64,000 nucleotides of DNA from Psilocybe cubensis (taxonomy: Eukaryota), in assembly GCA_017499595.2 (NCBI GenBank), contig CM039005.1:2356001-2420000 (forward strand), read 5' to 3'. The position numbers and the translations under genes were made by a program. Of the stretch, positions 52,940 to 64,000 are shown piece after piece. Numbering within the stretch: the first letter of the stretch is position 1; the number at the start of each line of letters is the position of its first letter. The notes beneath the pieces are model-generated. The model was not told the origin of the DNA and searched no databases. It saw only the letters and a list, made by a program, of their open reading frames with translations.

Positions 52940-55430
52940 TTGCTCACCCACGTTTTGCTTCACTGATGGCCAATAGCTTGTGGAGGCTATGCTCCTCAAC
53001 CTCCCTAGGGACTTTGCCCCTATACCCCATTAGCACTTTGTGCCTCTTTATTGATACACTATTTAAATGTATTTATTTTCAACTCCTTTGTATTTTCTAT
53101 CATATACAACCTGTTAGGTAGAGGAAAAAATTCAGAACTAAATAGACCTACTCACCACTAAAAGAGATTTTAATCACTTACTCAAATAATCTACTTATGG
53201 ATTTTATAGATATTTTTACCAAATCTATAAATCTATTACCCGTTGAAATAGTTGGAAATCATGTGTAGCATATTGGATAATCCATCAAGTTAAATCTTTC
53301 AGGAGGTATTCTGAGGCTTTTACGGACTTATATTTAATTATCATTCTTCTACTTGATTTGTGAGCTGTTGCAAAGTGCGGCAATACGAGGCTTTTACTCA
53401 CTAGGTAGTGTAATTGTTAATCTAGAATCTTCTGATTTGTATATTGCATAAATCATTCTAGTGTCTTTACATCTAGCTAGCCATCTTAAATTTGAATTGA
53501 TTGATATTATTCTTTCTTCTATGCATTTTGAACCAGTTGTAATGCCATTATGAAACCATACTCTGCCAGACCTATCAATGTATCGAGATATAAAATGATT
53601 TCCATTACCATATATAACTCCAGACAATGTAAGAACAGTTGTAATATTACCAATTTTAAACTTTAAATTTAGATCCAACTGAATATAAGGGTCTTCAATA
53701 CTAAAAATTAGCAATGGTAGTACTTTGCTTAATAATAATGTTTGATTTAACCTGGTTGATATATTATTTACATAACATTCTGGACATTTTTTTCTATATT
53801 GAGAATTTATTCTCAAATTTTGCAAATCAGATAATGTTACAGAGTGAGGATAATTTGCACTTGTTATTAATGAAGTAATTAGATTCAAATTTAATTCTGG
53901 ATTTCTTGCTTGATAATTACATATGTTACAACTTAAGTATATTTCACCAAATGATTCATTTCCTGTTAAAGAATCAATAATATTATTAATAAATGTATTA
54001 TTATTTCTAGTTGGGAAAGAGGATCTATCACTTATAGCAAGAAATTGTCTTACATTATTTCTAGCCTCTTCAATTGAAATAGTATATTCAACTACTTGTT
54101 TAAATTCAACACATAACAAGGGCATAGCATCACTGTATAAATTAAGTATTTCATGCCAATAGGTAATATTTTCATTCTAAATATTGAAAATAATTGTAAA
54201 AATAGAATCATAAGAACAACTCCAGTTTTCATCATCCCATATCAGACTTATAGGCTCTTTTTCTAGTATAGAATTATTATTTATAGCTTTTTGTTTTTTA
54301 ACAGTGTGTATTTCTTTAATATTACCATTATACGTTGAAATATTATCATCTTTAATATCTGCATATTTATTTTTTGTATGTTTGATTTTTTTTATTTATA
54401 TTTATAACTTTTGAAACTGAAGTAAATTTATTTAAATTACTATTCCACATTGCATTATCCAATGGTGTTTTACTTTTTTCTTCACCAGGTATCTATTTTA
54501 AAACAGGATGTCATTCAATTTTTTCACATTTATCACCTATCCACAGTTAATAAGATCTTATTAATATGTTTCTAAAATCACCAACAATACTTGAAGGTAG
54601 CTTGTTTTCAAATTTTAATCTAGTAATTGTATTTAATATCTCAAATTCTCTAAATTCTTGTCTTAAATAACCGCTAATGCCTCTAGTAATTTTATCTGTA
54701 TTAAAACCTTGTACTATAACTGTATTTTTAGCACTAGAACTTCTAGACAAGCATATATAATAAAAATAATATGTTTTGCAATGACTTAAATCTATAATAT
54801 TAATAAGACATGTTTTACCTTGACTGGTATAATCAGTCATAGCAAAATTAGGTAAAATAACAACCTGCTGCCTCTGAATTTTAATTTCACTATCATCTGG
54901 AAGTTTGCAAATAATTGTTGTTTTACTTCTTGGTATAGGCACAATATTAGTAGGTAAATATGGAATATTAACTTCTTTTGGTGGATTTGTTAATTTAACA
55001 AATAATGTATTTAAACATTGCTTGCTATCGGGACCAATATAGCTATCCCATCCACAAATAGTTTCTTCTTGTCCCTTAGTTATACATAATTCAGTAGCAT
55101 TATTATATCTTAGCATTACAGGCATACTGATATATAATGTTAGTTTTCCAGCTATGTATATGATTATTTGTACTAGGTACTGAATTCCATAGTGCTTTTT
55201 TTTCTATAATATGTAGTATATATGCTTTATTTTTCTTTTTAGGTTTTCTTCCATGTTCCTTTTTGCCTTCATTATCTTCTTCAGCATCTATAGTGTCTAT
55301 AGAATAGAAGTTTTGTAATTCTTGACCAGTATCTTTTGCAAATTGACTACATCCTAACTCATTAATTCAATCCTTTTGTACATTCCAAGCAGTAATTATT
55401 GAAATATATTTAAAATAATAGTTGCCTAAC
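52940..55430 (-). mobile_element. Degenerate Helitron-like element: Pif1 helicase C-terminus plus a downstream cysteine-protease-like region
   Basis: MPVMLRYNNATELCITKGQE...RQQVVILPNFAMTDYTSQGKT...YICLSRS are Pif1-type helicase motifs. Downstream is WDDENWSCSYDS...CxxC...CxxC...GVIYGNGNHFISRYID...WFHNG. Internal stops, very AT-rich, boundaries approximate. Confidence 0.7.
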
Positions 55431-55984
55431 CAACCCTAGCTGGGCCTGAATTTATCTGATCAAGAAGGCATTTATACAAGGGGTAGGGGGAGGGGTAGGG
55501 TGCACATTCTAGTTCAATAGGTTCTACTGCTCCAATTAAGCTGAAACTTGGCATGTACTCTGTCTAACATAAATAAAAAATAATAGCATAGTTAAAAGGG
55601 TGTATACCAACCCCTAGAGGGTGCTATTCAAGGTGCACTTTTTGACCAAAACATTATATGCTTAATTATACAATAATGGGTAAAAATATTGCAATTTTAA
55701 TTTCAGATTCGGATTGAGACACTTTAAAACTATAGGTCTACCAAAATAAACTAAGGGAAATGGTCCAAAAATGCACCCAAAAGCACCCAATCTATTGCCA
55801 GCAATACACAAAAGTAGCATAGGATGAGTGTTATTTATAGAGCCAGCAGTTAAGAGAAGGGGCAGGAACAGAGCCCTGATGTAATGGCTGTCAGCCCTAA
55901 TTCTAATATATTTAGTCCAAGTTCCTGGGCTAAAAATAGTGCTAGATTCTTGCCTAATCATAGATAAGATTAATTATACCAGTT

Positions 55985-56245
55985 AAATGAAATAAATTTA
56001 TAATGAAAGCGCACCACAATGAAATCAATTAATGTTAATAAAAGCACACCACAATGAAATCAATTTTTAACAAAAGTGCACAGAAATGAATTTAATTAAT
56101 ATTAATGAAAGCACCACAATGAAATCAATTTTTAATGAAAGCACACAGAAATGAATTCAATTAATACTAATAAAAGCATACGACAATAAAATGAATAAAT
56201 TCTAATGAAAGTGCACCACAATAAAATAAGTTAGTGATTTAATAA
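55985..56245. repeat. AT-rich degenerate tandem repeat (AATGAAAGCRCACCACAATGAAAT-like units), interrupted by the LTR element
   Basis: About 8 degenerate ~30-bp units. Similar AATGAAAT motifs continue after 62628. Confidence 0.65.
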
Positions 56246-56248
56246 AAT

Positions 56249-56700
56249 TGTCAGGGTTTCTCCAGTTTCCCCTCTTTATCTTCACAGAATTATCTTATCC
56301 TTTCATTATCTTATCAATTATCTGATTAGATAGTTTATTTCTTTCATCACAGCCTTTTTGCTCCACTTCTTTCTAGTAAATTCTATATGATTCCTAGTCT
56401 TACTCATCCTTTTTCTATATGATGTCACTTTTATTCTTTAACCTTCCTTTATGATGTAATGTAGGGAATATTCTAGAATAGCTGTAGAGTATAAATACTG
56501 GACTTGTAGGTAGCTGTAGCTTCAGCTTCAATCTCTTAGAATATCCACTATCATTGGTGTGATCTCTTAGAATCATTGAGTCTCTTTCACTCTCTTATTC
56601 TCTCTTTGCTCTCTTACTCTCCCTCTGCTCTCTCTCTCTCTCTCCCTTGCTTGATCTTTGTTGGTGGCCTTGTCACACTGATTATAGTGTTGCCCTGACA
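56249..56700 (+). repeat. 5' LTR
   Basis: TG...CA ends, 8-bp terminal inverted repeat, TATAAATA at 56490-56497. About 3 differences from the 3' LTR by eye. Confidence 0.95.
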
Positions 56701-57192
56701 AAAGATTGAAGCTCTCTCAAGACAACTCCACCATCTCTCTTTCAACACCAAACTCTTCAACCTCTTCAACCTCTTCAACATTATCACCTCAACCTTTTTC
56801 CCCCACTTCCAACCCACCAACCTCTTCATCAACCTCTTCACCAATCTTCTTACCAACCTCTACATCTCCACCAATCTTCAACATCCTCCTCAAGACCTTT
56901 CCTCAAGACCTTTGGCTCATCATCTTTCCTACTCTCTGTTGTGTGCTGTGTGTGAACTTAGTAGATAGGGATACCAACTGTTGGGGCAGACACAGTCCTA
57001 CTAGTGTTCTGTTTTTGGTGGTCTAGGAAATATCCAGTAACCATGTGATCCTAGGTTTAGAGCCCTGAGTGGTGTGACAACTGGGTATCCAGTAGATAGA
57101 TATTTTTTTTAGAATACTTAGTATAGTTTCAAGGGCACTTTTAGTAGATAGCTTCTCCCACACACACATCAGAGAGCCTACCTACCCCTACC

Positions 57193-58299
57193 CATGGACA
57201 TGGACCCCTCCCAATTGCCTCCCACCACTCCTTCTGTGGAAGAGCTCATGCATCAGGTCTAGCTCCTTACCCAAGAGTTGAATTTTCTTAGACAGCAGCA
57301 GCAGTCATCATCTACTCTACCACACCCTCAGCAACCAGTCAGTCAGTCACCATCATCACCACCACCACCACCTGCTGCTCTAGATATTCACTCTTTCCCT
57401 ACCCCCCTGTTGCCCCTTCCTGTTCACACTCTGTCATTAAAGTCTCACCTCCAGATCCATTTGATGGTTCTATGGAGAAGGCAGAAAACTTCCTTAGTCA
57501 GCTCAAATTATATTTCTATGGGAAAGGGATTACGGATGACTTTCAGAAAGTTATTTGTGCTCTATCTCATATGAAAGGAGGTACTGCTGGGAAGTGGGCA
57601 TATGAGAAGACTAAAGTAATAGACAATGCTCAGTCCCAAGAAGGTTTTTGGGCTGACTTTGTTTATGAATTTAGGGAAGTGTTTGCAGATCCAGACCCCT
57701 CCAACACAGCTAAGCATAAAATGCACATGCTCAAGCAAGGCAGACAGACTGCTGATGAGTATGTTGCTAGCTTTAGGGCTCTGATCTCAGATACTGGGTA
57801 TAATGATGCTGCTTTGGTAGACCAATTCAAGGCTGGGCTCAATGAAAATCTCAGGAATGCAGTCTACTATGTTCCTGACATGCCCAAAACCTTGGATGGA
57901 TAGATTAAATGGAGTACTAGGCTAGATAGGCAGTGGAGACAGAGTGAGGCCTTTACCAAGTCTCTTTCCTCCTCCTCATCTTCTCCCTTTCTTAAAGCCC
58001 CAACTCCCAAGGCTGTTCCTAAGCCTACTCCAAATCCTCCAGTCTTTTCCAACGGCAGCTCAAGGACCTTTGGTGCTCAGGCAAAGCAATCAGATGTAGT
58101 TCCCATGGAGGTTGACTCTGGATGGAAGTCAGTTAGGCCAATTGTTTGCTTCAAGTGCAGAAAGCCTGGTCATAAGGCTGTAAACTGCAGGTCATCAGTT
58201 AACATCAATGCTATGACCCATGAAGAACTGGCTGACTACTTTGGGAAATTAATCTTGGAAGGCAAGGAGCAGAAAGATGAGGAAAAGAAAATTTTTTAG
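57193..58299 (+). pseudogene. gag: Retrotransposon gag with premature stops
   Basis: PDPFDGS, Retrotrans_gag-like core (LKQGRQTADEY...F..GLN) and zinc knuckle CFKCRKPGHKAVNC. TAG stops near 57260 and at 57901. Confidence 0.85.
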
Positions 58300-58307
58300 A
58301 AGCACCA

Positions 58308-61300
58308 TTGGTGAAAGACATGTCCCAATGGAATAGATTTAATGTACTAGAAAATGAAATTGACAGACTTGATCCTCAGTCTTCAGATTCTGGTGCAGAA
58401 ATCATGTCTTCTTCTTCCTCTCTTTCTACCTTCCCTGAAAAAATCTACATCCTCAACCATAATCCTAAAACCTCTACCCATTTGTCTGTCATCTTAAAGA
58501 CAATGGACACAGAGAAAAGGTTATCTGTTGATGCTTTGCTTGATTCTGGAGCTACTGGCCTCTTTCTGCATTCTGATTTTGTGAAGTATCATAATCTCAA
58601 CACAAGGAAACTTCCTAGAGCCATTCCAGTCTATAATGTTGATGGTACTCTCAACAAGAGTGGCTCTATCCATGAGGAAGTAGACTTAATTTTGGTACAC
58701 AAGAACCATACAAAAAGGGCCACCTTTGCTGTTTGTGACTTGGGAGACAAATCTGCTATCATTGGACATACTTGGCTTTGGCACCATAATCCAGATGTTG
58801 ATTGGAAAACAGGGGATGTTCAGTTTATTAGATGTCCCTCTGACTGCCAAATGGAAGCCAAAAGAGCCAGAAGAAAGAGGCAGAGAATAGCTGCAGTCAA
58901 AAGGAGGAAACTCCCTCAATTTGATGAAGAAGAAGAAGATTCTATTGAAGATTCTTCTGATTCTGAGATTGAGCCTGAGGACAGAATTTTCATCTCATAC
59001 CTTCATCCTCAGAAGCAGTCTATTAATGCTACTTCTACTATGTCTCAAAGATTAGCAGAAGAGTCTCATCAGCAAGCTGATTCTCCTAAGAAAACCTTTG
59101 AAGAAACTGTCCCTAAGCACTATCACCAGTTTAAAGGTGTTTTTTCAAAGGAATCTTTTGATAGGCTACCAGACAGGAAGCCTTGGGATTATGCTATTGA
59201 GCTGAAACCTGGTTCTGAACCTTATAGATCCAAGATTTATCCTCTCTCTCCCAATGAACAAAAGGAACTTGATGCCTTTTTAAAGGAAAATCTGAAGTCT
59301 GGCAGGATTAGACCCTCCAAGTCACCTATGGCCTCCTCTGTATTCTTTGTCAAGAAGAAGGATGGATTTCTTAGGCTTGTCCAGGACTATAAAAAACTGA
59401 ATGAAATGACCATCAAGAACTCCTACCCCCTTCCATTGATTTCTGATATTATCACCAAACTCAGCAAAGCCAAATACTTCACCAAACTTGATGTTAGGTG
59501 GGGATTTAACAATGTCAGAATCAAAAAGGGAGATGAATGGAAAGCAGCCTTTAGAACCAATAGAGGGCTGTTTGAACCATTGGTCATGTTCTTTGGTTTA
59601 ACCAATAGTCCTGCTACCTTCCAAACTATGATGAATGATATCTTTATTGAGCTCATTGATGGAAATGTTGTCATTGTCTACATGGATGACATTTTAATTT
59701 TCACTGAGACTCTTGATCATCATAGAGAGGTAGTCAAGCAAGTTCTGCAAATCCTAGAACAAAACAAACTCTACCTTAAAGCAGAGAAATGTGAATTTGA
59801 AAAGGAAAAGATTGAATATCTTGGACTAATCATTTCACAAGGCAGGATTGAGATGGATCCTGTCAAGGTAGAGGGAGTTTCTAAATGGCCTGAACCTGAA
59901 AATGTCAAGGATGTCCAATCATTCTTGGGATTTGTTAATTTTTATAGAAGGTTCATAGAGGATTTTGCAGACATTGCTAAGCCCCTTCATGAATTGACAA
60001 AGAAAGGAACAGTCTGGAGATGGAGTCTTAGACAGCAGGAAGCCTTTGACCAGTTAAAGAAGAAAGTCACTTCTTCACCTGTCTTGATTTTCCCTGATGA
60101 TAACAAGCCATATAAAGTTGAAGCAGACAGTTCAGATTATGCTACTGGAGCTGTTTTATCTCAGGAAGGATCAGATGGGAAATGGCATCCTGTAACCTTT
60201 ATGTCTAAGAGTCTATCTGAAGTAGAAAGAAATTATGAGATCCATGACAAAGAGATGCTGGCTATTATCAGAGCACTAGATGAATGGAGACATTATCTTG
60301 AAGGAACCCAACATTCCTTTGAGATTTGGACAGACCACAAAAACTTAGAGTACTTTATGGTTGCCCAAAAGCTCAGCAGAAGGCAAGCCAGATGGTCACT
60401 CTTCCTGTCCAGATTTGATTTTACTCTTCATCATAGGCCTGGTAAAAGATCTCTTAAGCCAGATGCTTTGTCTAGGAGACCAGATCATAAAAAGGGAGAG
60501 AATGATAACCAAAATGTAGTTCTCCTCAAACCTTCCTACTTTAAAATCCAGGCTCTCAAGCAGGGTCATGCTACCATTACTGGTGCAGAAAATGATCTTC
60601 TTAAGAAGATTAGAGAAGCTAAGGAGATGGATGAAAAGGTGGTCAAGGCAGTTCAGGAGCTCAAGAAATCTTCTACCAAGAAGATTGAAGGACAGGAATG
60701 GTCAGAAGAACAAGGCCTTATTCTCTACAGGGGGAAGGTGTATGTTCCCAAGGACAAAGATCTTAGAAGAAAAATTGTGGAACTGCACCATAATGCCTTC
60801 ATTGCTGGACATCCAGGGAAATGGAAGACAATTGAGCTAGTCTCTAGGAATTATTGGTGGCTAGGAATGTCACATTTTATTGCAGCCTATACCAGAGGTT
60901 GTGATAGATGCAACAGAACCAAAACCTTTCCAGCCAAACCTCTTGGCCTTTTAATTCCTACTGAGATTCCCTCTGATGTCTGGCAATGCATCTCTGTGGA
61001 CTTTATTATGGGGTTACCAGAATGTCAAGGGTATAATGCCATTATGGTGGTTGTGGATAGACTTAGTAAAATGATCCACATTATCCCTACTACAGATGAA
61101 GTCACTTCTGAAGGGACAGCCAGACTATACAGAGATTATGTCTGGAAACACCATGGCTTACCCATTAAAATTCTGTGTGATAGAGGTCCACAGTTTGTCT
61201 CAAGGTTTATGAAAGAACTCAACTCAATACTTGGTATCCAGACAGCCTCATCTACAGCCTACCATCCCCAAACTGATGGTCAGACTGAAAGAGTTAACCA

Positions 61301-62176
61301 AGAAATTGAGCAGTATCTTAGACTCTTTATAAACCATAGACAAGATGATTGGGTTGAATGGTTAGCTCTAGCTGAATTCTCTTATAACAATAGAGTTCAG
61401 GCTTCAACCAGGCAGACACCATTCATGCTCAATAATGGCAGACATCCCAGAATGGGCACTGAACCCCTTAGAGATAGTAAAATGGACACTGTGGATACCT
61501 TTGTGAAAAATATGGAAGAAGCCAGGAAAGAAGCAGAGTCTGCACTTAGAAAAGCCGCTAATGATATGGCTAAATTCTATAATAGACACAGAGGTACTCC
61601 AACTCAGTACAAAGTTGGAGATTGGTATGGTTGGATGGCAAGGACCTTAAAACTGATAGGCCCTCCAAGAAATTGGATGATAAAAGATATGGGCCTTACA
61701 AAATTATCAAAGTTATTAGCCCTAATGCCTATGAGCTTAAACTGCCATCTACCATGAAAATCCATCCAGTGTTCAATGTGGTTAAACTTCTACCTTATCA
61801 CCCAGATATTGTAGAAAGAAAGCCTCCTTCTAGACCACCACCTGTCATTCAAGGAAAAAATCCTGAGTGGGAAGTTGAATTTATCAAGGACAGCAGACTT
61901 TTTAGAAACAAACTTCAATATTTGGTCAAGTGGAAGAACTATCCTAATGAAGAATGCACTTGGGAGCCTGCAGAGCATTTGAAAAATGCTTCTAAGGCTA
62001 TCAAGGACTTCCATGCCAAACATCCTTCAGCACCTAGAAGGATTTCTGCTGTGACCTTTGATAGACTTTCTTTCACTCCTATTATTAACTTTACTGAACC
62101 TCCTCCTCTTCTTAAACCCTCTAAACTAACCCATTCATGTGCACATTGTGGAAAATGTGCCTTAGAGAGGGGGTGA
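58308..62176 (+). CDS. pol: Retrotransposon pol (protease, RT, RNase H, integrase, chromodomain), frameshifted near 61620
   Basis: LLDSGAT, YMDDILI, ADSSDYATGAVL, GHPG...CDRC, SVDF...CDRGPQF...GQTERVN. GPY motif and chromodomain (WEVEFIKDSR...YLVKWKNY...TWEP) lie in a second frame. Confidence 0.92.
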
Positions 62177-62628
62177 TGTCAGGGTTTCTCCAGTTTCCCC
62201 TTTTTATCTTCACAGAATTATCTTATCCTTTCATTATCTTATCAATTATCTGATTAGATAGTTTATTTCTTTCATCACAGCCTTTTTGCTCCACTTCTTT
62301 CTAGTAAATTCTATATGATTCCTAGTCTTACTCATCCTTTTTCTATATGATGTCACTTTTATTCTTTAACCTTCCTTTATGATGTAATGTAGGGAATATT
62401 CTAGAATAGCTGTAGAGTATAAATACTGGACTTGTAGGTAGCTGTAGCTTCAGCTTCAATCTCTTAGGATATCCACTATCATTGGTGTGATCTCTTAGAA
62501 TCATTGAGTCTCTCTCACTCTCTTATTCTCTCTTTGCTCTCTTACTCTCCCTCTGCTCTCTCTCTCTCTCTCCCTTGCTTGATCTTTGTTGGTGGCCTTG
62601 TCACACTGATTATAGTGTTGCCCTGACA
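62177..62628 (+). repeat. 3' LTR
   Basis: Direct repeat of 56249-56700. Confidence 0.95.
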
Positions 62629-62939
62629 AAAATGAAATAAGCTCTACTAGCAATGAAACAGATGAGGCTAAGAAACCACCAGATGTATGTAATGAAATAA
62701 AATAGTACTACTGCAAGCACTCTATTGAAATAGTAAAGTAACTTAATGAAATGATTTCAAAAATGTAAGGTAAGATAACAAATTCCTGTGTAACTAGTTA
62801 CCTTAGATGTATGATATGGCTGAAAGCTACAAATCACAGCGGTAATGATAGGGAATTTCATTTTGATGAATTTGATGTTGAGGTGGAGAGTGGTATTCAA
62901 AATAATCATAGACAACGGTCCGCTATACGTTGCAGTGTT

Positions 62940-63600
62940 AGAGTGGTTATTAGAGTGGTACAACATCAGCCATATTTGAATTTTGGGCTACAATTCAAGG
63001 GCAAATGGCGTGGTTGAAACGGCACATATTACATCAATTTGTACGGGGTTAATTATATCAGGTGACGGGTCATTAAAGAAATGGGACAAGCGGGTAGCTT
63101 TCATATACTGGGCTGAGCAAATTACGGTGAAGAAAATGATTGGGTACTCACTATTCTATGTTACACACAGTATCAAACTATTACTTTTATTTGACCTCAC
63201 ATATGCGACATTCCTTCTTTCTGACATCAACCGATCACTTTCAACAGCAGAACTCCTTGGAATGCGCACACGACAGCTTCAACAATGAGATAATGACCTT
63301 GCGCTAGTTTACAAACGAGTTCTGAAGCACAGATACACATCTATTGCCAACTTCAAAGAGAAAAATAAGAATAAAATTATTGACTACAATTTCCAGCCCA
63401 GAGAGCTTGTACTTGTCCTGAACAAGAAACTCAAAGTGGATGTTGGCAGCAAAGGGAAGCCCAGGTATATGGGGCTAATGGTTGTTATTTGTCGTTCTGA
63501 AGAAGGCTTGTATTGACTTGCCAAACTCAATGGCGCCAAATCAAAGCTGAAGTATGCAGCATTTTAACTCATCCCCTATTACCCGAGAAACTGCCAGGTA
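62940..63600 (+). pseudogene. Degenerate integrase C-terminal remnant of a second Ty3/gypsy element
   Basis: YNSRANGVVE...W..QITVKKMIGYS.FY...LLFDLT.ATFL and later FQPRELVLVLN...KPRYMG, with several in-frame stops. Confidence 0.7.
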
Positions 63601-64000
63601 ATCAAAGTGATGGAGGTCTTGGACAGCAAGGAGTTTGATGGGGACAAAGTGTAGGCAGTGGTGGCACGCAGCGCAAAAGAAAGGGGGGTGGAGGAGTGCA
63701 AGGGAGGATGAGAAGTGCAGAGGGGGAGCAGGAGCAGGAGCAGAAAGTACAGAAAAACATCAAAATAGTGAGATTAAAGCAACAAAAGCAATAGTAAAAC
63801 AAAGGAAAACACTCAGAATATCATCCAAGTGATTCTAGAAAGGAGACACACTCAGAAAACCCTGAGTGAGTGCTGAGATAGGAAGGAGAGAGAAAACAAC
63901 AAAAGAAAAACAGTGAAGGATTGGAGTGGGGCAGAGCAAATTGGAGCAGGCACAGAGAGCGATAGAAGCAAAGGAGACTTGCCTTAAGAATCACCACGAT

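Larger units (their letters stand above)
56249..62628 (+). mobile_element. Full-length Ty3/gypsy chromovirus-type LTR retrotransposon (defective copy)
   Basis: Two 452-bp LTRs (TGTCAGGG...CCCTGACA), 5-bp TSD AAAAT on both sides, polypurine tract AGAGAGGGGG before the 3' LTR, and gag then pol with order PR-RT-RH-IN-chromodomain. Confidence 0.97.

Noticed and set aside
58285-58310. Canonical -1 slippery heptamer at the gag-pol junction
   Set aside because: pol is in the -1 frame and an A/U run is present, but no perfect X XXY YYZ heptamer is in the gag frame, so it is not claimed as a feature.

Overview
Eukaryotic fungal DNA. Short GT-AG introns and the gene families present point to a mushroom-forming basidiomycete (Agaricomycetes); the species cannot be determined from the sequence. 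Bases 1-52.7 kb are gene-rich: an alpha/beta-hydrolase 3' end, an F-box-like gene, a 63-aa metallothionein, two tandem SDRs, mitochondrial ribosomal mL41, TSR3, a 7TM-like protein, a secreted repeat-peptide precursor, SmD1, a DUF6535-type membrane protein, a membrane protein fused to a caspase-like domain, eIF2-alpha, a CCCH zinc-finger protein, ribokinase, a small secreted beta/gamma-crystallin-like protein, pyruvate dehydrogenase kinase, a Fus3/Kss1-type MAPK, an EthD-like protein and tRNA-Gln. A 1.33-kb foldback element sits at 30.2-31.6 kb. From about 52.9 kb the window is a CpG-depleted transposon nest (Helitron remnant, a full-length chromodomain Ty3/gypsy element with a self-priming signature, and an older integrase remnant). 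The most striking unexplained signal is at 33.9-47.0 kb: two diverged, convergently oriented, intron-rich and apparently non-coding transcription units. Each carries three exonic copies of a ~355-nt module that folds into about 8 hairpins plus a 5' pseudoknot, with compensatory base changes among the six copies. This is a candidate undescribed structured RNA family. The second highlight is a Kex2-type precursor that encodes two cationic amphipathic, antimicrobial-like peptides. All alignments, folds and exon boundaries were derived by eye.
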